Shown in pieces: positions 14,678-28,116 of a stretch of 64,000 nt of DNA; the first letter of the stretch is position 1, and every line of letters starts with the position of its first letter. Below the pieces are notes generated by a model. The model was given only the letters and a program-made list of their open reading frames with translations. It was not told where the DNA came from and made no database searches. Location: the NCBI RefSeq assembly GCF_009914755.1, contig NC_060927.1; one strand, given 5' to 3'. Both the position numbers and the translations under genes were made by a program. This stretch comes from the human T2T-CHM13v2.0 reference genome, Homo sapiens.

Positions 14678-15416
14678 TTAAGGCTGACAAAAATAGAAGG
14701 TAAAGTCCATGTGCCTGACAATGTATAAATGATACAATTGACAAAAATTGTGAGCATAAAGGAGAAAGAAACCTTGTTTATGATAAATCAGAGACAAAGA
14801 ATAACACTGAAAACTGACAAATCAACTAATAGCAGTATAAGCAAATTTAACAAAATAAAAGTAAGCATAAAGAAAATCATGTTATGGAATAAAATTGTGT
14901 GGTAGAAGGGGGGTAGGAGAAGGAGAAAACAAGTTCATTCTATCATTACTGAGCATACATCTAATAGTGTCTTAGAGAAATGAAGAACTAGAGCAATAAG
15001 ATGAAAATGAATAAATCTGCAACTGGCATTAAGCAGAGATAAAATGAAAGATAGTATTTTCCATTTGCCTAATACCAGCAGTATGAGATAATGTGGATAA
15101 CTGTACATCAGCAGCTGATCCTGTCCCATATGACTGCAGATTAGCACTTTAGAATCACAAGCAATTCAGAATGCCTTTGAGCCCTTCTGAAATATATTGT
15201 AAAAGCCAGAATGTTACTTCCGAAATTCTGTTTTATTGAGATTTGTCTCTCAACTAGACGACAAATTTTCATTGTAATTGACTGGGTTTCAAGGCCATTA
15301 ACCCAATAGCTAACTGATAAGTCTGTAAGATATTAAGAGAGACGAACTCACTTGGATGACTCATTTTTAATTTTTTTTCTTTTTAGTTAACAAACAGATT
15401 ATAAAAAGTACATATG

Positions 15417-15770
15417 CAGGGGTGGATCCCTGTTTCTTGGGCCTGAAAGTTACAATTTTGGTAGCTCTCTTTAGAAAAACAGAATATAAAATTACAAATA
15501 TAAATTTATTTATAAAAGTGGCTATTTAAGATAAAATAAATTTCAACAAATTACTAGTAATTTTTAGAGTTAGGTCCTTTTCTCCTGAGATCTCTTTTTA
15601 AAAAGATACCTGAAATGCTTACCTGGAAATGATTGTTGCTTGTAACCTTGCTTCTGCTCTTCACCTAGAACACTCTCAAACTCCTAGCAATTTCTAATAC
15701 TCAAAGGGTCTTTATAGATGAGGCCCAGAAAACCTAACCTTCATTAGCTTCATTTGTAAATCTATATGTG
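15417..15770. mobile_element. hAT-type non-autonomous DNA transposon (MER53/MER91-like)
   Basis: caggggtggatcc...gggcctgaaagttacaattttgg at one end and ttcattagcttcatttgtaaatc at the other; family assignment tentative. Confidence 0.5.
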
Positions 15771-15975
15771 GCAAAAATGATGTCATTAACTTAACATCTT
15801 TTAAATGCGTAATGGTAATCAATTCTTCTCACTATTCATAGTAACATCTGCTAAGTTAATGGCATAATGATTTTTTATGATACTCAACAGAGTATGCAGT
15901 AGATCATAATACATGTAAGAAATAATCATTTATTGAACTTGCTTACAATTATTTTTAAAATGTCCTTAACCTTGC

Positions 15976-16540
15976 TGTGATGACTTTCTTGATGTATTAA
16001 GTTGCCTAGGGTAAAGTCCACAGTTATGAAGTCAAATATTAATATAAGTGTTGCTTTGAAGGGATTTTGCAAATGTAGTTCAAGTCCCTAATCAATGAAC
16101 TTTAGATAAGGGAGATTATCCCGGATTATCTGGTGAGCCAGACTTAATCAGATAAAAGGCCTTAACACTGGGGCCTGTTGTGGGGTGAGGGGACAGGGGA
16201 GGGATAGCATTAAGAGATATACCTAATGTAAATGATGAGTTAATGGGTGCAGCACACCAACATGGCACATGTATTCATATGTAACAAACCTGCAGGTTGT
16301 ACACATGTACCCTAGAACTTAAAGTATAATAAAATATATATATATGTATAAGTGAAGAAATTCTACCAATGAAAGTTTCTGCCTGTGCCGAGCCTGCCAT
16401 GATCTTTTCTTCTTGAGTTAGTGCTACATATTTTGAACTTGCTCACTCAGCCCAACAAACCCATAAGTCAACTTCTTGTAATAAATCTCAATATGAAGTC
16501 CTGCTGATTTTACTTCCCTGGTTCCCCTCTGATTGATACA
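15976..16540 (+). mobile_element. MLT2-type (ERVL) LTR interrupted by a short L1 3' end
   Basis: TG...CA ends (tgtgatg / tgataca); gtgttgctttgaagggattttg, agggagattatcc, aataaatctc; flanks cttgc/ctttc. Confidence 0.7.
16165..16333 (+). mobile_element. Very short young L1PA 3' end
   Basis: ctggggcctgttgtggggtg...cctaatgtaaatgatgagttaatgggtgcagcacaccaacatggcac...cttaaagtataata. Confidence 0.93.
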
Positions 16541-16691
16541 CTTTCCATGAAGTACACTATCACAGGATGATGGCAAAAAAAAAAAAAAAAAGTGATGTGT
16601 TCTTTTTATAACAAACAGGCTGATTTGTCAAATTTCCTGTGGTTTGTGGCTGGAGATGGTGGAATACCACGGGTAAAAAAAAAAAATTATG

Positions 16692-17280
16692 AACCAGAAA
16701 TACCATTTGACTCAGCAATCCCATTACTGGGGTACATAAAGGACTATAAATCATTCTACTATAAAGACATATGCACACGTATGTTTATTGCTGCACTGTT
16801 CACAATAGCAAAGACTTGGAACCAACCCAAATGCCCATCAATGATAGACTGGATAAAGAAAATGTGGCACATTTACACCATGGAATACTAGGCAGCCATA
16901 AAAAAGAATGAGTTCATGTCCTTTGCAGGGACATGGATGAAGCTGGAGGCCATCATTCTCAGCAAACTAACACAGGAACAGAAAACCAAACACCACATGT
17001 TCTCACTCATAAGTCGGAGTTGAACAATGAGAACACATGGACACAGGGTGGAGAACATCACACACCAGGGTCTATTGGGTGGTTGGGGGGAAGGGGAGGG
17101 ATAGCATTAGGACAAATACCTAATGCATGTGGGGCTTAAAACATAGATGATAGGTTGACAGGTGCAGCAAACCACCATGGCACATGGATACCTATGTAAA
17201 AAACCTTCACGTTCTATACATGTATCCTAGAACTCAAAGTAAATAAAAATAAAAATAAATAAATAAAAATAAAAGTTGAA
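16692..17280 (+). mobile_element. L1PA7/8-like 5'-truncated 3' end
   Basis: ORF2 C-terminal EIPFDSAIPLLG...[13 protein letters not shown] remnant, 3' UTR cctaatgcatgtggggcttaaaac, (TAAAA)-type tail. Confidence 0.92.
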
Positions 17281-17319
17281 AAAAAAGAAAATGTATGTAT
17301 ACTTGAATACACAACTTAG

Positions 17320-20027
17320 ACATAGAATTCAGCATCTGGATGGCAAGGAAGCACAACAAGATTTAGGACAAAGCTGAAACCCAATGCAAGGAACCCAAGG
17401 AATCCAATAAAATGATCCAAGAGCTGAAATATTAAATAGCTATTTTAAGAACCCAAATGAACTTCTAGAACTTAAAAATTTACTACAAGGATTTTATAAT
17501 ACAATTAGAAGTTTTAACAGCTGAATAGACCAAGCTGAGGAAAAACCTCAGCACTCAAAGACTGGTTCTTCAAATCAACTCAGTCAGACAAAAATAGAAT
17601 TTTTATAAAAGGAACAAAACCTCTGAAAACTATGAGATTATATAAAGAGACCAAATCTAGGACTCACTGATAATCCTGAGAGGAGAGAAAATAAGCAACT
17701 TGGAAAATATATTTGAGGATATAGTCCACAAATATTTCCCCAATGTTGCTAGAGTGGTTGACACACAAATCCAAGAAATACAAAGAACCCTGGAAAGATA
17801 CTATAAAAGAGGGCCATCCCCAAGGCACATAGTTAGCAGATTCACCAAGGTCAATGCAAAAGAAAAAAAAAAGGCAGTTAGAAAGAATGGTCAAGTCACA
17901 TACAGAGAGACCACATCAGGCTAGCAGTAGACTTCTCAGAAGAATCCTTACAAGCCAAAAGAGATTGGAGACCTATTTTCAACATACTTAAAGAAGAAAA
18001 ATTCCATCCAATAATTTCATATCCCTCCACACCAAGATTCATAAGTGAAAGATAAATAAAATCTTTCTCAGACAAGCAAATGTTGAGGGAATTTATTTCA
18101 ATGTGATCAGCCGTAATTACAAGAGTCTCTTAAAGGCATCCTAAATATAGAACCAAAAGAGCAACACCTACTACCACAAAAACACACTTAAGTGCATAGC
18201 CCACAGTTCACTATAAAGCAACTATACAATCAAGTCTACATAACAACCAGCTAAGAACATAATGACAGGATCAAAATCTCACATACAAGTACTAACCCTG
18301 AATGTAAATGGGCTAAACACCTTACTTAAAAGACATAAGGCGGCATGCTGGTTACAAAAAAAAGACCCAACCATCTGCTGTCTTCAAGAGACCCATCTCA
18401 CATGTAACAATGCCTACAGCCTCACAGTAAAGAAATAGACAAAGTTGTCCCATTGAAACAGAAAACAAAAAAGAGCAGGGGTCCCTATTCTTAAATCAGA
18501 TAAAACAGATTTTAAACAAATAAAAATTAAGAAGGGCATATGCATATAATCCAACAAGAAGATTTAACTATCCTAAATAGACACATACCAATCATTGGAG
18601 CATCGAGATTCATAAAACAAGTTCTTGGCCTATGAAAAAAATTTAGACAACCACACAATAATACTGACAGACTTCAATACCCCACTGACAACATTAAACA
18701 GATCTTCAAGGCAGAAAACTAACAAAGAAACTCTAGGCTTAAACTCTACACTTGATCAATTGGACCTAATTGACAACTATAGAACACCCCATGGAACAAC
18801 CAACAGAATATATATTCTTCTCATCTTCACACAGAACATATTCTAAGATCAACCACATGCTTTCTCACAAAACAATAAATGTCATTCATTTCAGAATTAG
18901 GAAAAACTATTCTAAAATTCACATTGGACCAAAAATAAAGAGCCCAAATAGCTGAAGGAATCCTAAGCAAAAAGAACAAAGCTAGAGGCATCACATTACC
19001 TGACTTCAAACTATACTATAAGGCCACAGTAACCAAAACAGCATGGTACTGACACAAAAACAAACACATACACCAATGGAAAAGAATAAAAATCTCAAAA
19101 ATAAAGCTGTGTACCTACAACCATCTGATCTTCAATAAGGCCTACAAAAACAACCAATGGAAAAAGGACTCTGTGTTCAATAAATGGTGCTGAGATAACT
19201 GGCTAACCATATGCAGACAATTGAAACTGGACCCTTATCTTTCAACATATACAAAAATTAACTAAGGTTGAATTAAAGATTTAAATATAAGACCCCAAAC
19301 TGGAAAAATTCTGGAAGAAAATCTAGGATATACCCTTCCTGACATCAGCCTTGGCAAAGAATTTTTGGCTAAGCCCCCAAAAGCAACGGTAACAAGAACA
19401 AAAGTTGATAAATGGAACCTAATTAAATAAAAAAGCTTCATCACAGCAAAACAAACCATCAACAGAGTAAACAGACAACGTACAGAACGGGAGAAAATAT
19501 TCACAAACTATTCATCTGACAAAGATTTGACATCCAGCATCTATTAAAAGAAAAACTTAAATCAGCAAGCATAAAACAACACTATCAAAAAATGGGCAAA
19601 GAACATGAATGGACACGTCCCAAAAGAAGACATACAAGTGGCCAAGAAACATATGAAAATTACTCATCATCACTAATCATCAGAGAAAAGCAAATCAAAA
19701 CCACAATAAAATACCTTCTCACACCAGTCAAAATGGCTATTATTAAGTCAAAAAACAACAGATTCTTGCAAGGCTGTGCAGAAAAGGGAAGGCTTATACA
19801 CCATTGGTAGGAAGGTAAATTAGTTCAGCCACTGTGGAAAGCTGTTTGGAGATTTCTTAAATAACTTAAAACAGAGCTACCACTTGACCCAGAAATCTCA
19901 CTACTGGAAATACACCAAAAGGAAAATGCATTCATGTGTTATCACCATGCTATTCACAATAGCAAAGACATGTAATCAACTTAGGTACTCATCAATGATG
20001 GATTGGATAAAGAAAATGTGATACACT

Positions 20028-20081
<54 letters not shown>

Positions 20082-20440
20082 ATGGAATACTATGCAACCA
20101 TAAAAAATATGAAATCATGTCTTTTGCAGCAATACTGATGAAGCTGTAGGATAAAATCCTAAGCAAATTAATGCAGGAACAGAAAGCCAAATACCACATG
20201 TTCTCACTTATAATTAAGGGTTAAACACTGAGCACACATGGATGTAAATATGATAAAAACAGTCACTATGGACTACTAGAACAGGGATGGAGTGAGGGGC
20301 ATGGTTTGCAAAACTACCTATTGGGTACTACACTCATTACCTGGGTGCAATATACCCATTTACCAAACCTGCACATGTGTTCCCTGTATCTAAAATAAAA
20401 GCTGAAATTTTTAAAAAGTAAAAAATAAAGTAAATAAATA
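17320..20440 (+). mobile_element. Older L1 (L1PA16/L1PB-like): ORF1, endonuclease part, internal deletion at ~18875, ORF2 3' part and 3' UTR
   Basis: ORF1 remnant MENIFEDIVHKYFPNVAR; endonuclease remnant DFNTPLT...YSKINHML; jump to C-terminal ORF2 sequence; 3' UTR ctacctattgggtacta...ctaaaataaaagctgaa. Confidence 0.9.
20031..20080. repeat. (CA)n microsatellite, ~25 units, inside L1
   Basis: Directly visible. Confidence 0.98.
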
Positions 20441-20579
20441 AATACAAAGCTTATCTTAAAGCACCCTCAAGTTCCCATATGATCACAAGCTTAGGAACCT
20501 CAAGCCTCCAACTTCTTGCCTCCCTGGCCACATAACTTATTTAGAATCCTGGACAGTAGTTTGCTCAGATTAGTGAGAA

Positions 20580-21160
20580 ACAGCCAGTGTCTAGATGAAT
20601 CAGGTCACATTCCTCTTTAAATCCTCTGAAGGCTTCCCTTTATACTTAAACCAAATTTTTTGCCCAGGCAACATGGTCCCACATGACATGACCCCTGAGC
20701 CCCCTCTAATCTCATCTGATACCAGTCTCCTCACTCCATTCTAGCAATGGTGACCTCTTTTCTGTCCCTGGAACATGTCAATTTTGTTCCCAGTGGTTTT
20801 ATACTTGTTTCCTGTGCTTGGGACATTCTGCCCCAACATCTTTGTAGAACTTTCTACCTTAGGATTTAGCTTAAATGTCAGAGAGACCTTCACTGATGTT
20901 CTTCCTAATGTCACCTTATTATATTATCTTGTTGTATTTTCTTCTTAGCTCTTATCAATATCATTCTCCAAACTTATCATCTTTAACTATTTATCTACTT
21001 ATTATTACCTATCTCTCTTCCTAGACAATAAATTCAGCAGCAGTAGACTTTGTTTGCCTTTGTATACCATATATCCCTAGCACCCAGCATTGTATCTGGC
21101 TCATGGAAAAGGGACTCAAAATGTATATTTGTTGAATATATGAGCACATGAATGAAGGAA
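20580..21160 (+). mobile_element. L2 LINE 3' region
   Basis: Pyrimidine-rich L2-like body ending ccctagcacccagcattgtatctggctcatgg...atttgttgaatatatg...atgaatgaa. Confidence 0.75.
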
Positions 21161-21779
21161 CTTTCAGGCATGCAAAGGGGTTGGCTCACTCCTCACCCTT
21201 TGGAATCCCTGCATTCCAGAGACCTGGGGACCCTATAATATTCATAAAAGGGTGATTCTCCATGTCACATATATACATATACATCCATTTAACCACAACC
21301 AAGTTCTTAAAAATTAACATCTAGTGTTATCAGTAACCACTTACATTCACTATTCCCTACCTGGGAAAATATGACATTTATACACTCATCACTTCACTTT
21401 ATAGTTGGCTGCCTGACAAGGTTTATTATAATGATAGCCAAAAGCTGTTTTCACAGTGATGAAAAGGAAAGATGTGGTGGTCAGGAAAGTATCCAAAACA
21501 TTTTTTCTATAATAAAATGATTCAAGGATCTTAACATAGAAGAATTGGTTTATATATTGTCTTCTGGTCTTTCCCTTGCCTGCTAATTGGCAACTAACTA
21601 TATCAGCTGAACAACAGTGGCAAAACTCACAAAGATACCCTGGCAACAAAGGACTTGGCAGCTATGTAATGTACTATGCAATGACTACCTGTCTATGAGT
21701 GTACAGCATTCTGAAAACTCCTTTCTAATTCACATTCTTCCTCCTATTCTGTGTCCTATTTTGCGTCTTCTAGACAAAT

Positions 21780-21945
21780 TCTTATTTATCAAACTTATAT
21801 GTGCATAAGAATCACCTGGAGTTCTCATTAAAATACAAATTCCCATGCAACAGATCTGGGGTGGGTCCTGAGATGCTGCATTTCTAAGGAGCTCCCTGGT
21901 GATGCCCATGCTGCTATCCACTGCCCACATCTTGAGGTCAAGCTT
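21780..21945. mobile_element. MER5-type DNA transposon
   Basis: agaatcacctggag...atctggggtgggtcctgagatgctgcatttctaaggagctccctggtgatgcc. Confidence 0.8.
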
Positions 21946-23119
21946 CTGATTTCTAAATCTAAGCTCTAGGTGAGTATTGTCAAATGTCCTTTTATTTCAG
22001 CCACCATCCAGTAACAAACAGGCAACAAAGCAACGGGTTGGTGAGAAAGAGTGGTGATGATTAATCAAAATACTTTAATAGTTTTCATATGACTCTCAAA
22101 TAATGGTTGCTTGGGACCTGTTGAACCTTTTAAATATGTTGTTCACATATTAATGACTTCTGTTTTATAGACCCAAAATTTTGGTCTGTGTGTGTTGTAT
22201 TTGTGAATTTTGAGATAATTTAGTGTTATGTAAATAAAAATGTAGAGCAATAGGAAGGATTTCTACTTTTTAAAATGCCCCTGAGTTTTCTGTTCATTCT
22301 GGATGTTTAGTATCCAAAAGGTCCTGAGGTGAGCCATGTGTAGCAATCTCTCATTTATCATATAGTCAATGCATGTATCTACAAATGCTTTCTTCCTACA
22401 TTTTAATTATTTGTTCAAGTAAGAACTTTTATATGATATCAAAGATTATTTTTCTTTACCGGTGCTAGATTTAAAATTATACTCTAAAACAAAGATTTTA
22501 ATAAAAGCTTATGTGTATATTTTTGACCTGTAGCTTAAGGGCTAATGTGAAACATTGTGTGTTTCAATAAAACACTATGTATTGTCTCCAGCACACCCTT
22601 CTGGGTTGTTAGATTCTAGTTGAGTTCACTGTTTTTGAACTATTTTTGCCCCTCTTTTCAATTGCAAGCCACTGACGGATATGCAAACTTTGTTTTATCT
22701 GCTAGAGATTTGACTTCCTCTTCTCCTTGGAAACACCACTTTCGGGATCTACTTGCAAATTGGACTGGTCTGCTACCTTGCACAAATTGTCAACTCTCCA
22801 AACTTTTCAATCTTATGTGTTTTTTTTCAACATTTAACTACAACTTTCCAAATTAACATTTTCAGTTTTTCTCCCTCCCACCTAAGGACATTACCAAGAA
22901 TTAAAACCTGACATCCCAGATCCCTATACAGACTTTTGGTTGCCTTGCAGCTGTCCCTTTCTCCCAGGATCGTTGGGACTTCAAAACAGCTGACCTTTGC
23001 CACCACCTGGCAATATAAATTCAAGTGGTTTTGTAGGAGCAACATCAACAAGAACCCCTGAGAGACTATTTCTGAGACTCTGCTTTGCCCCACCCGGGAG
23101 CTTTAGAATCACTTTTAGG

Positions 23120-23484
23120 TTGTTCAGCAATGAGTGATATTCATTTTTCTTAAACACAAGGGGGATGAGACTGGCGATGCTGAACTTTACCTCAGTCCAG
23201 TGCTCCTGGAAAGTGAAGACATTTAAGAAATCTCTCTACATTTTCATGTTCTAGAAACAGCTAACCACAAAGGACTCCTCTCCTCTCATATATTCCAGGA
23301 CCCTCTCTTTCCTTCCTCTTGAGTCCTATAAGAATCACAGATGACTTCCTCATCTACCTACCTCTACAAAAGCTCAGACCTCTTTTCTTTTCTTTGAGAT
23401 GTTCCTGTTTAATGAACTTTCTCCGTATTGCAGTAGGCTGAATAAAACCATCTCTTTAATTGTTTCGTACATTTTGTCTTTCAC
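23120..23484 (+). mobile_element. Diverged ERV-type LTR (family uncertain)
   Basis: TG start (tgttcagc); aataaa at 23441-23446 followed by ttttgtctttcaca, an LTR-like R/U5 end; cctcagtccagtgctcctggaaa block. Confidence 0.5.
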
Positions 23485-24239
23485 AGAGCAACAGCTACAA
23501 CAAAACAAGTCACCTGAGGTATCATTAATAGAGCATTTTCTCCACACTGTTTCAAGTTTTAAAGATTTTACAGATACAATGTGAATGGGTTCTGGGGAAT
23601 TTATTGGCAAAACCTGACTCAGAGGCAGTTCTAAGTAGCTTCCAGGATTTTGAATAAGGCATATCAAAGAGGGGTTTCAAGCTGTTTAAGAACCAACTGG
23701 GAGCAACTTGAAAGCTAAAGGGAAAGTGTGAAGAAAGATGTTTCAAGTTGAAAGGGAAAGAAACAGAATACAAAAGGACATAAAAAACCCAGCAGGTATG
23801 GCTAAAACATCACCTGGGGATTTTAAAGTGTTTGAAAACTGTCCCAAGTTCCAAAGTGAGAGTTTAGGACATTGAAAGTGAGACTAGCAAAATGCCTCTC
23901 ATTGTACAACTGCCAAAAACCTATGCACGAGGTAATTACGGAGATTGCAGCAAAGTGGAAAAAATGCAGTGCAAAGACGTAAGGTAGCCTCTGCAATGAT
24001 AGTGTGCAGGAGAAATATATTGGTAATTGAAGTTTTTTTTTTTTTTAAGTGTTATTTTATAATAACAATTTTTAAATTCATCAGTATCCTTCTGAAAAGG
24101 AGAGGAACAATTTTAAATGAAAATAATAAAAATAGGTAATACAGTAAAATGACTGGTTTTAGAAATAAGAGCAAGAATAAGCTACCAGGGAATTTGATTT
24201 GAATACTATTTGAACAGGGGAGGCTGAATTTTGAAATAT

Positions 24240-24640
24240 TAATAGCATAAACACCTGAGTCAGTTTTTCAGCATTCCCATCTAGGCTCTACCTTTACTAT
24301 CTATGTGAACTTAGGTCAATTATTTAAATTCTTTATGCCACAAATTCTTTATATAGAAAATGTGGGGAATAGTAAGTCCCACATTGTAGAACTCTTTAGT
24401 GGAATAATAATACAGGGCATTACCAATAAATAAAATGTATCAAAGTCTTACTGGGTATCAGGCACTGTGCTTAGGGCTTCACATGGGTTATATCATTTAA
24501 TGTTCACAGAAACATTATGATGATAACTAAGATGAAGCCTATTTTCAGTTGAGGAAACTAAGGCACAGAATGTTTACTCGAATTGCTTAAGTTTACAAAG
24601 CTAGCAAGTAGTAGAACCTTGTTTTGAAACCAGTCTTATG
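24240..24640. mobile_element. Two adjacent MIR fragments in opposite orientation
   Basis: ctatgtgaacttaggtcaattatttaaattc (+) and ttttcagttgaggaaactaaggcacagaatg (-). Confidence 0.65.
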
Positions 24641-25649
24641 CTTAAAATTTCATCTTTATACATTTATCGTTTCCATGGCTTATTCTCTTTATAAATTGTA
24701 ATTCCCACCCCCACCCCAAAAGACATCCATTATCACCTCATAACTTATCGGGTATAAAACTGTAATTTTGAAGGTCCCAACATGACGTAGAAGGACCAGG
24801 AGTGGAGAACAAGCATGGAGAGGCGGATAAGATGAGACTATGTCCGTTATCAATGTATTGCCCAAGCTTTTTGATGCCTGCTCTGTGCTGACAGAATCAA
24901 GCCTACAATATGTCTCCTTTGCTAGCTGTCATGATGTTGAGCTCTGTCACTAAAGAGTAATGGAGAGACACTGGAGGAGAAATGGATTTCTTTTCCAAGT
25001 TCCAGGTTCTCTGTGCTCCTCTCCCAAGAATCCTGCCCTGCAGTTTCTCCAGCACTAGGCTCTTATAGCATGACTTCTCCAGTACCAAGCTCTCGCAGTG
25101 ATTTTTCCAACACCAGACTCCTGCAATGCAGGTAAGGCTTCTCCAGAACCCAGAGCTAGCAGTTTCCCCTGTCAGCAGTATGCCACCTATCTGATACCAC
25201 TCCATGAACGGTTTTCCATAATATCCTTGGCAAGCAAGAGGCCAACTGTGTGACTCTTCCCTGTGAACAGCCTTCCCTGTACCCTCTTATTGGTTCTGCA
25301 GTGAGTTCTGAGAAACAGCACCTCCCTGTGGATAGTTTCTCCTGGAACCCTGGTGGTGGTTTCTGGTAACTTCCACGTACAGCATCTCCGTGGGTTTGCC
25401 ATTCAGTGAGGCATGGAAAACACTGCTCAGCCCTGGGATGGGTGGGACTCTTCCTTGGTCAATATATCTCAGGCATGAGAAGTAGTGGCTGCTCTTTCAT
25501 TTTCCTATTCCTATATTCCTTAGAGTTCTGTTTACTTCTTACTAGTCAATTTTCTATAATACGCATGTATCAAATATAAAATCAGAACAAAAATATTGAA
25601 CCTAATTTTTAAACATGTCTATCAACTATAGTTTCTTTTCAGTTATCAC

Positions 25650-26293
25650 TTATTCTTTTTCCTTTCTATGATGGCTAGTTTCTCAGAAAGGTGTCAGCTT
25701 TCTTTAGTAGGTGTCCCATAGGCACCTCCATCTCAACATATCTTAGAAACTAATGTCATTTTCTAACTCTATCCCATCTTCGTCTGTATTTCCTCTCTAA
25801 ATGATAGTCTTTTTACCTCAACATAGATATCCAAACTAGAAGACTGATCGGCATACATGTATTCATCTCTTATTGGGCACATAATCCTTTAAATTCAAAC
25901 TCCTTAATATCTCTCAAATTAGTTATTTCCTTTCTAGGTTTTCCTTATCTTCAAAATCATAATAGACATCATCTAGTGAATGGTTAGTGTGCTAGCTATT
26001 GTGCTATAATTAACCCACATAACTCCAAGAGGCAGGCATCATTATCCCAATTTTACAGATGAAAAATAAACTGAGACTGAATAGGGTGAATAATTTATTC
26101 AGATATAAACAAATAGTAGAAGGCGAAGTGATGATTCAAAAGCAGAGAGCTGACTGCACACAGCAAGTTCCCATTACTATAGTATTGCTGCCTTCAGTCT
26201 AGCCCCATTATAAGGCATCTACCGCAGTTTTCAGAACGCTTTCTAAAATGCAAATCTGGTCATGACACTTTCTTGTTTTAAACATTTCAACAG
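25650..26293 (+). mobile_element. L2 fragment with an inserted MIR; continues at 28117
   Basis: gtgtcccataggcacctccatctcaacatatc and ctttctaaaatgcaaatctggtcatgacac are L2-like; MIR ttttacagatgaaaa at ~26050. Confidence 0.65.
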
Positions 26294-28116
26294 GAATTTT
26301 CTTTCTGGATAGGATTTAATAGGTAGTTGCAGGTTATCATTCTCACTGCACCAGATAGGAAAAAAAAAAACAGATAAATTACAAATGATATGTTTAAAGC
26401 CATCAGAAGGCCGTGGAAGCAGTGATGACCAAAATAACTAAATTCCAGAGATGGTAGGGCCCTTCCTAGATGAGCTAAAATTGCCAAGTATTTTCTTCTT
26501 TCTGGGGATTTATTATGTTTTGGCATTGCTAAGAAACAGACCTGCATTCGACTGAGAGACTCTCTCATGGGAAAGTAAATTTGGAAGTGTTTTGATGGCT
26601 ATGTGGGTTGGTGTGATGTATTGGAATCTAGAGAAATGTCACAGCTTTGGCCAGTCTTTCCCATAGGACATTCTCTGAGCCCTGGGGTGGTGTGGGAGAC
26701 TGTGGATTGGACTGAAAATGCAGAGTAATGTTTTCTGCAGTTTTGCAGTACGTGGGAGACAATACCCCACTAAAAGGAGAAGCCTAAAGCAGACATTTGA
26801 AATCAGAAGTGGACTAAGCCTAACTAAATCTGTACCTCAGCACTGACCCGGCTCAAGTACTAATTAGATTAAGGTCATCAGTGTCTCATTCTCTCTGCCG
26901 AATTAAGGAAAAGAGTGAACCATTGCTGACAGAAAAGAATATTAATTTCAGTGTCTATAGATCTTTTAAATTTTCTGTCATACAATAAAAAATTATAGGA
27001 CTTGCAGAGAAGCAGGAAAAATGAGACTAAAAACCAAGAGGAAAAATATATATATTAGAAGCAGACCCAGGGATTATCCAGATTTTGGAGTTAGTCAACC
27101 AAGACTTTAAAAATTACCATTATAAACATGTTTCAAAAACAGAGGGAAAAGATGAACAAAATGGATGAGAAAAATTTAACTGAGAACTAGAATCTGTATA
27201 AAAGAGATTCAAGTGGCATTCTAAAACTGAAAGTATATAAATATGTGTGTATATATATAATTTCAGATATACATACATATATAATCTGAAACTGGGAACT
27301 GATTAGATGGGCTTAAAAGCAGACTGGTCAATATAAAATATACAAACTGAAGCCAACCTAAGGAAATAAAATGTTTTTCCATTTTATTTATTCCATTATT
27401 TAATTCCACTTATTAAAAGAGCATCAAAAACATTTGTGATATAATTAAACAGTCTAACATATGTGTAATTGCTATTCCATAACAGAAGAGAGCAGGAATG
27501 AGAATAAAACATAATTTGAAAAAAGATAATGGCTGAGAAGTATTCAAAATTGAAAAAAGATGCATTTGATAAATTTCTATGAACTCCAAGTAGCATAAAT
27601 ACACACACAAAAAAAACAGTACTTAGACTCATCACAGTAAAACATCTGAAAACCAAGGCTAAAGAGAAGTATTTTAAAAGCAGCCAGAATAAGATGCATC
27701 AATAACATTAAGAGCAGGATTTTAAACAGGAACTATGGATGCAGGGAAATAAGTTAACTTTAAAAATTTGAAAAAAAAAAAAAAAAAAAAAAAGCAACAA
27801 AACAACCCTGACATCTAGAGCTTCAAATCCAATGAAAAATCCTTTCAGAGTCAAAATGAAATAAATGCATTTTTCAGACATGTAAAAGCTGGGAAAATTA
27901 TTCACAAGCAGGCCCATATTTTAAGAAATTCTGTAGAAAATTCTTCAGACTGAAGGAAAATGGTCTCAGATGAAAGTCTAGTGCCATAAGAAGGAATAAA
28001 GAGCACAAGAAAGAGCATTGTAACTTCTAGAACAATCACTTTAAGAATAATACAAATAAATATGAACATTGAAGAGGTAATATAGGATATAAAATTATAT
28101 AATTCAGAATGATTGA
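26294..28116 (+). mobile_element. Ancient L1M 5' UTR + ORF1 region with no ORF2 or 3' end
   Basis: ORF1-like blocks atccagattttggagttagtcaaccaagactttaaa, catcacagtaaaacatctgaaaaccaaggctaaagagaagtattttaaaagcagccaga, ttttcagacatgtaaaagctgggaaaattattcac. Confidence 0.7.

Noticed and set aside
18870-18895. caataaatgtcattcat as a filler captured from the L1 RT region
   Set aside because: Explained more simply as the diverged start of the downstream ORF2 segment (aatgtcattcttcacagaattag)
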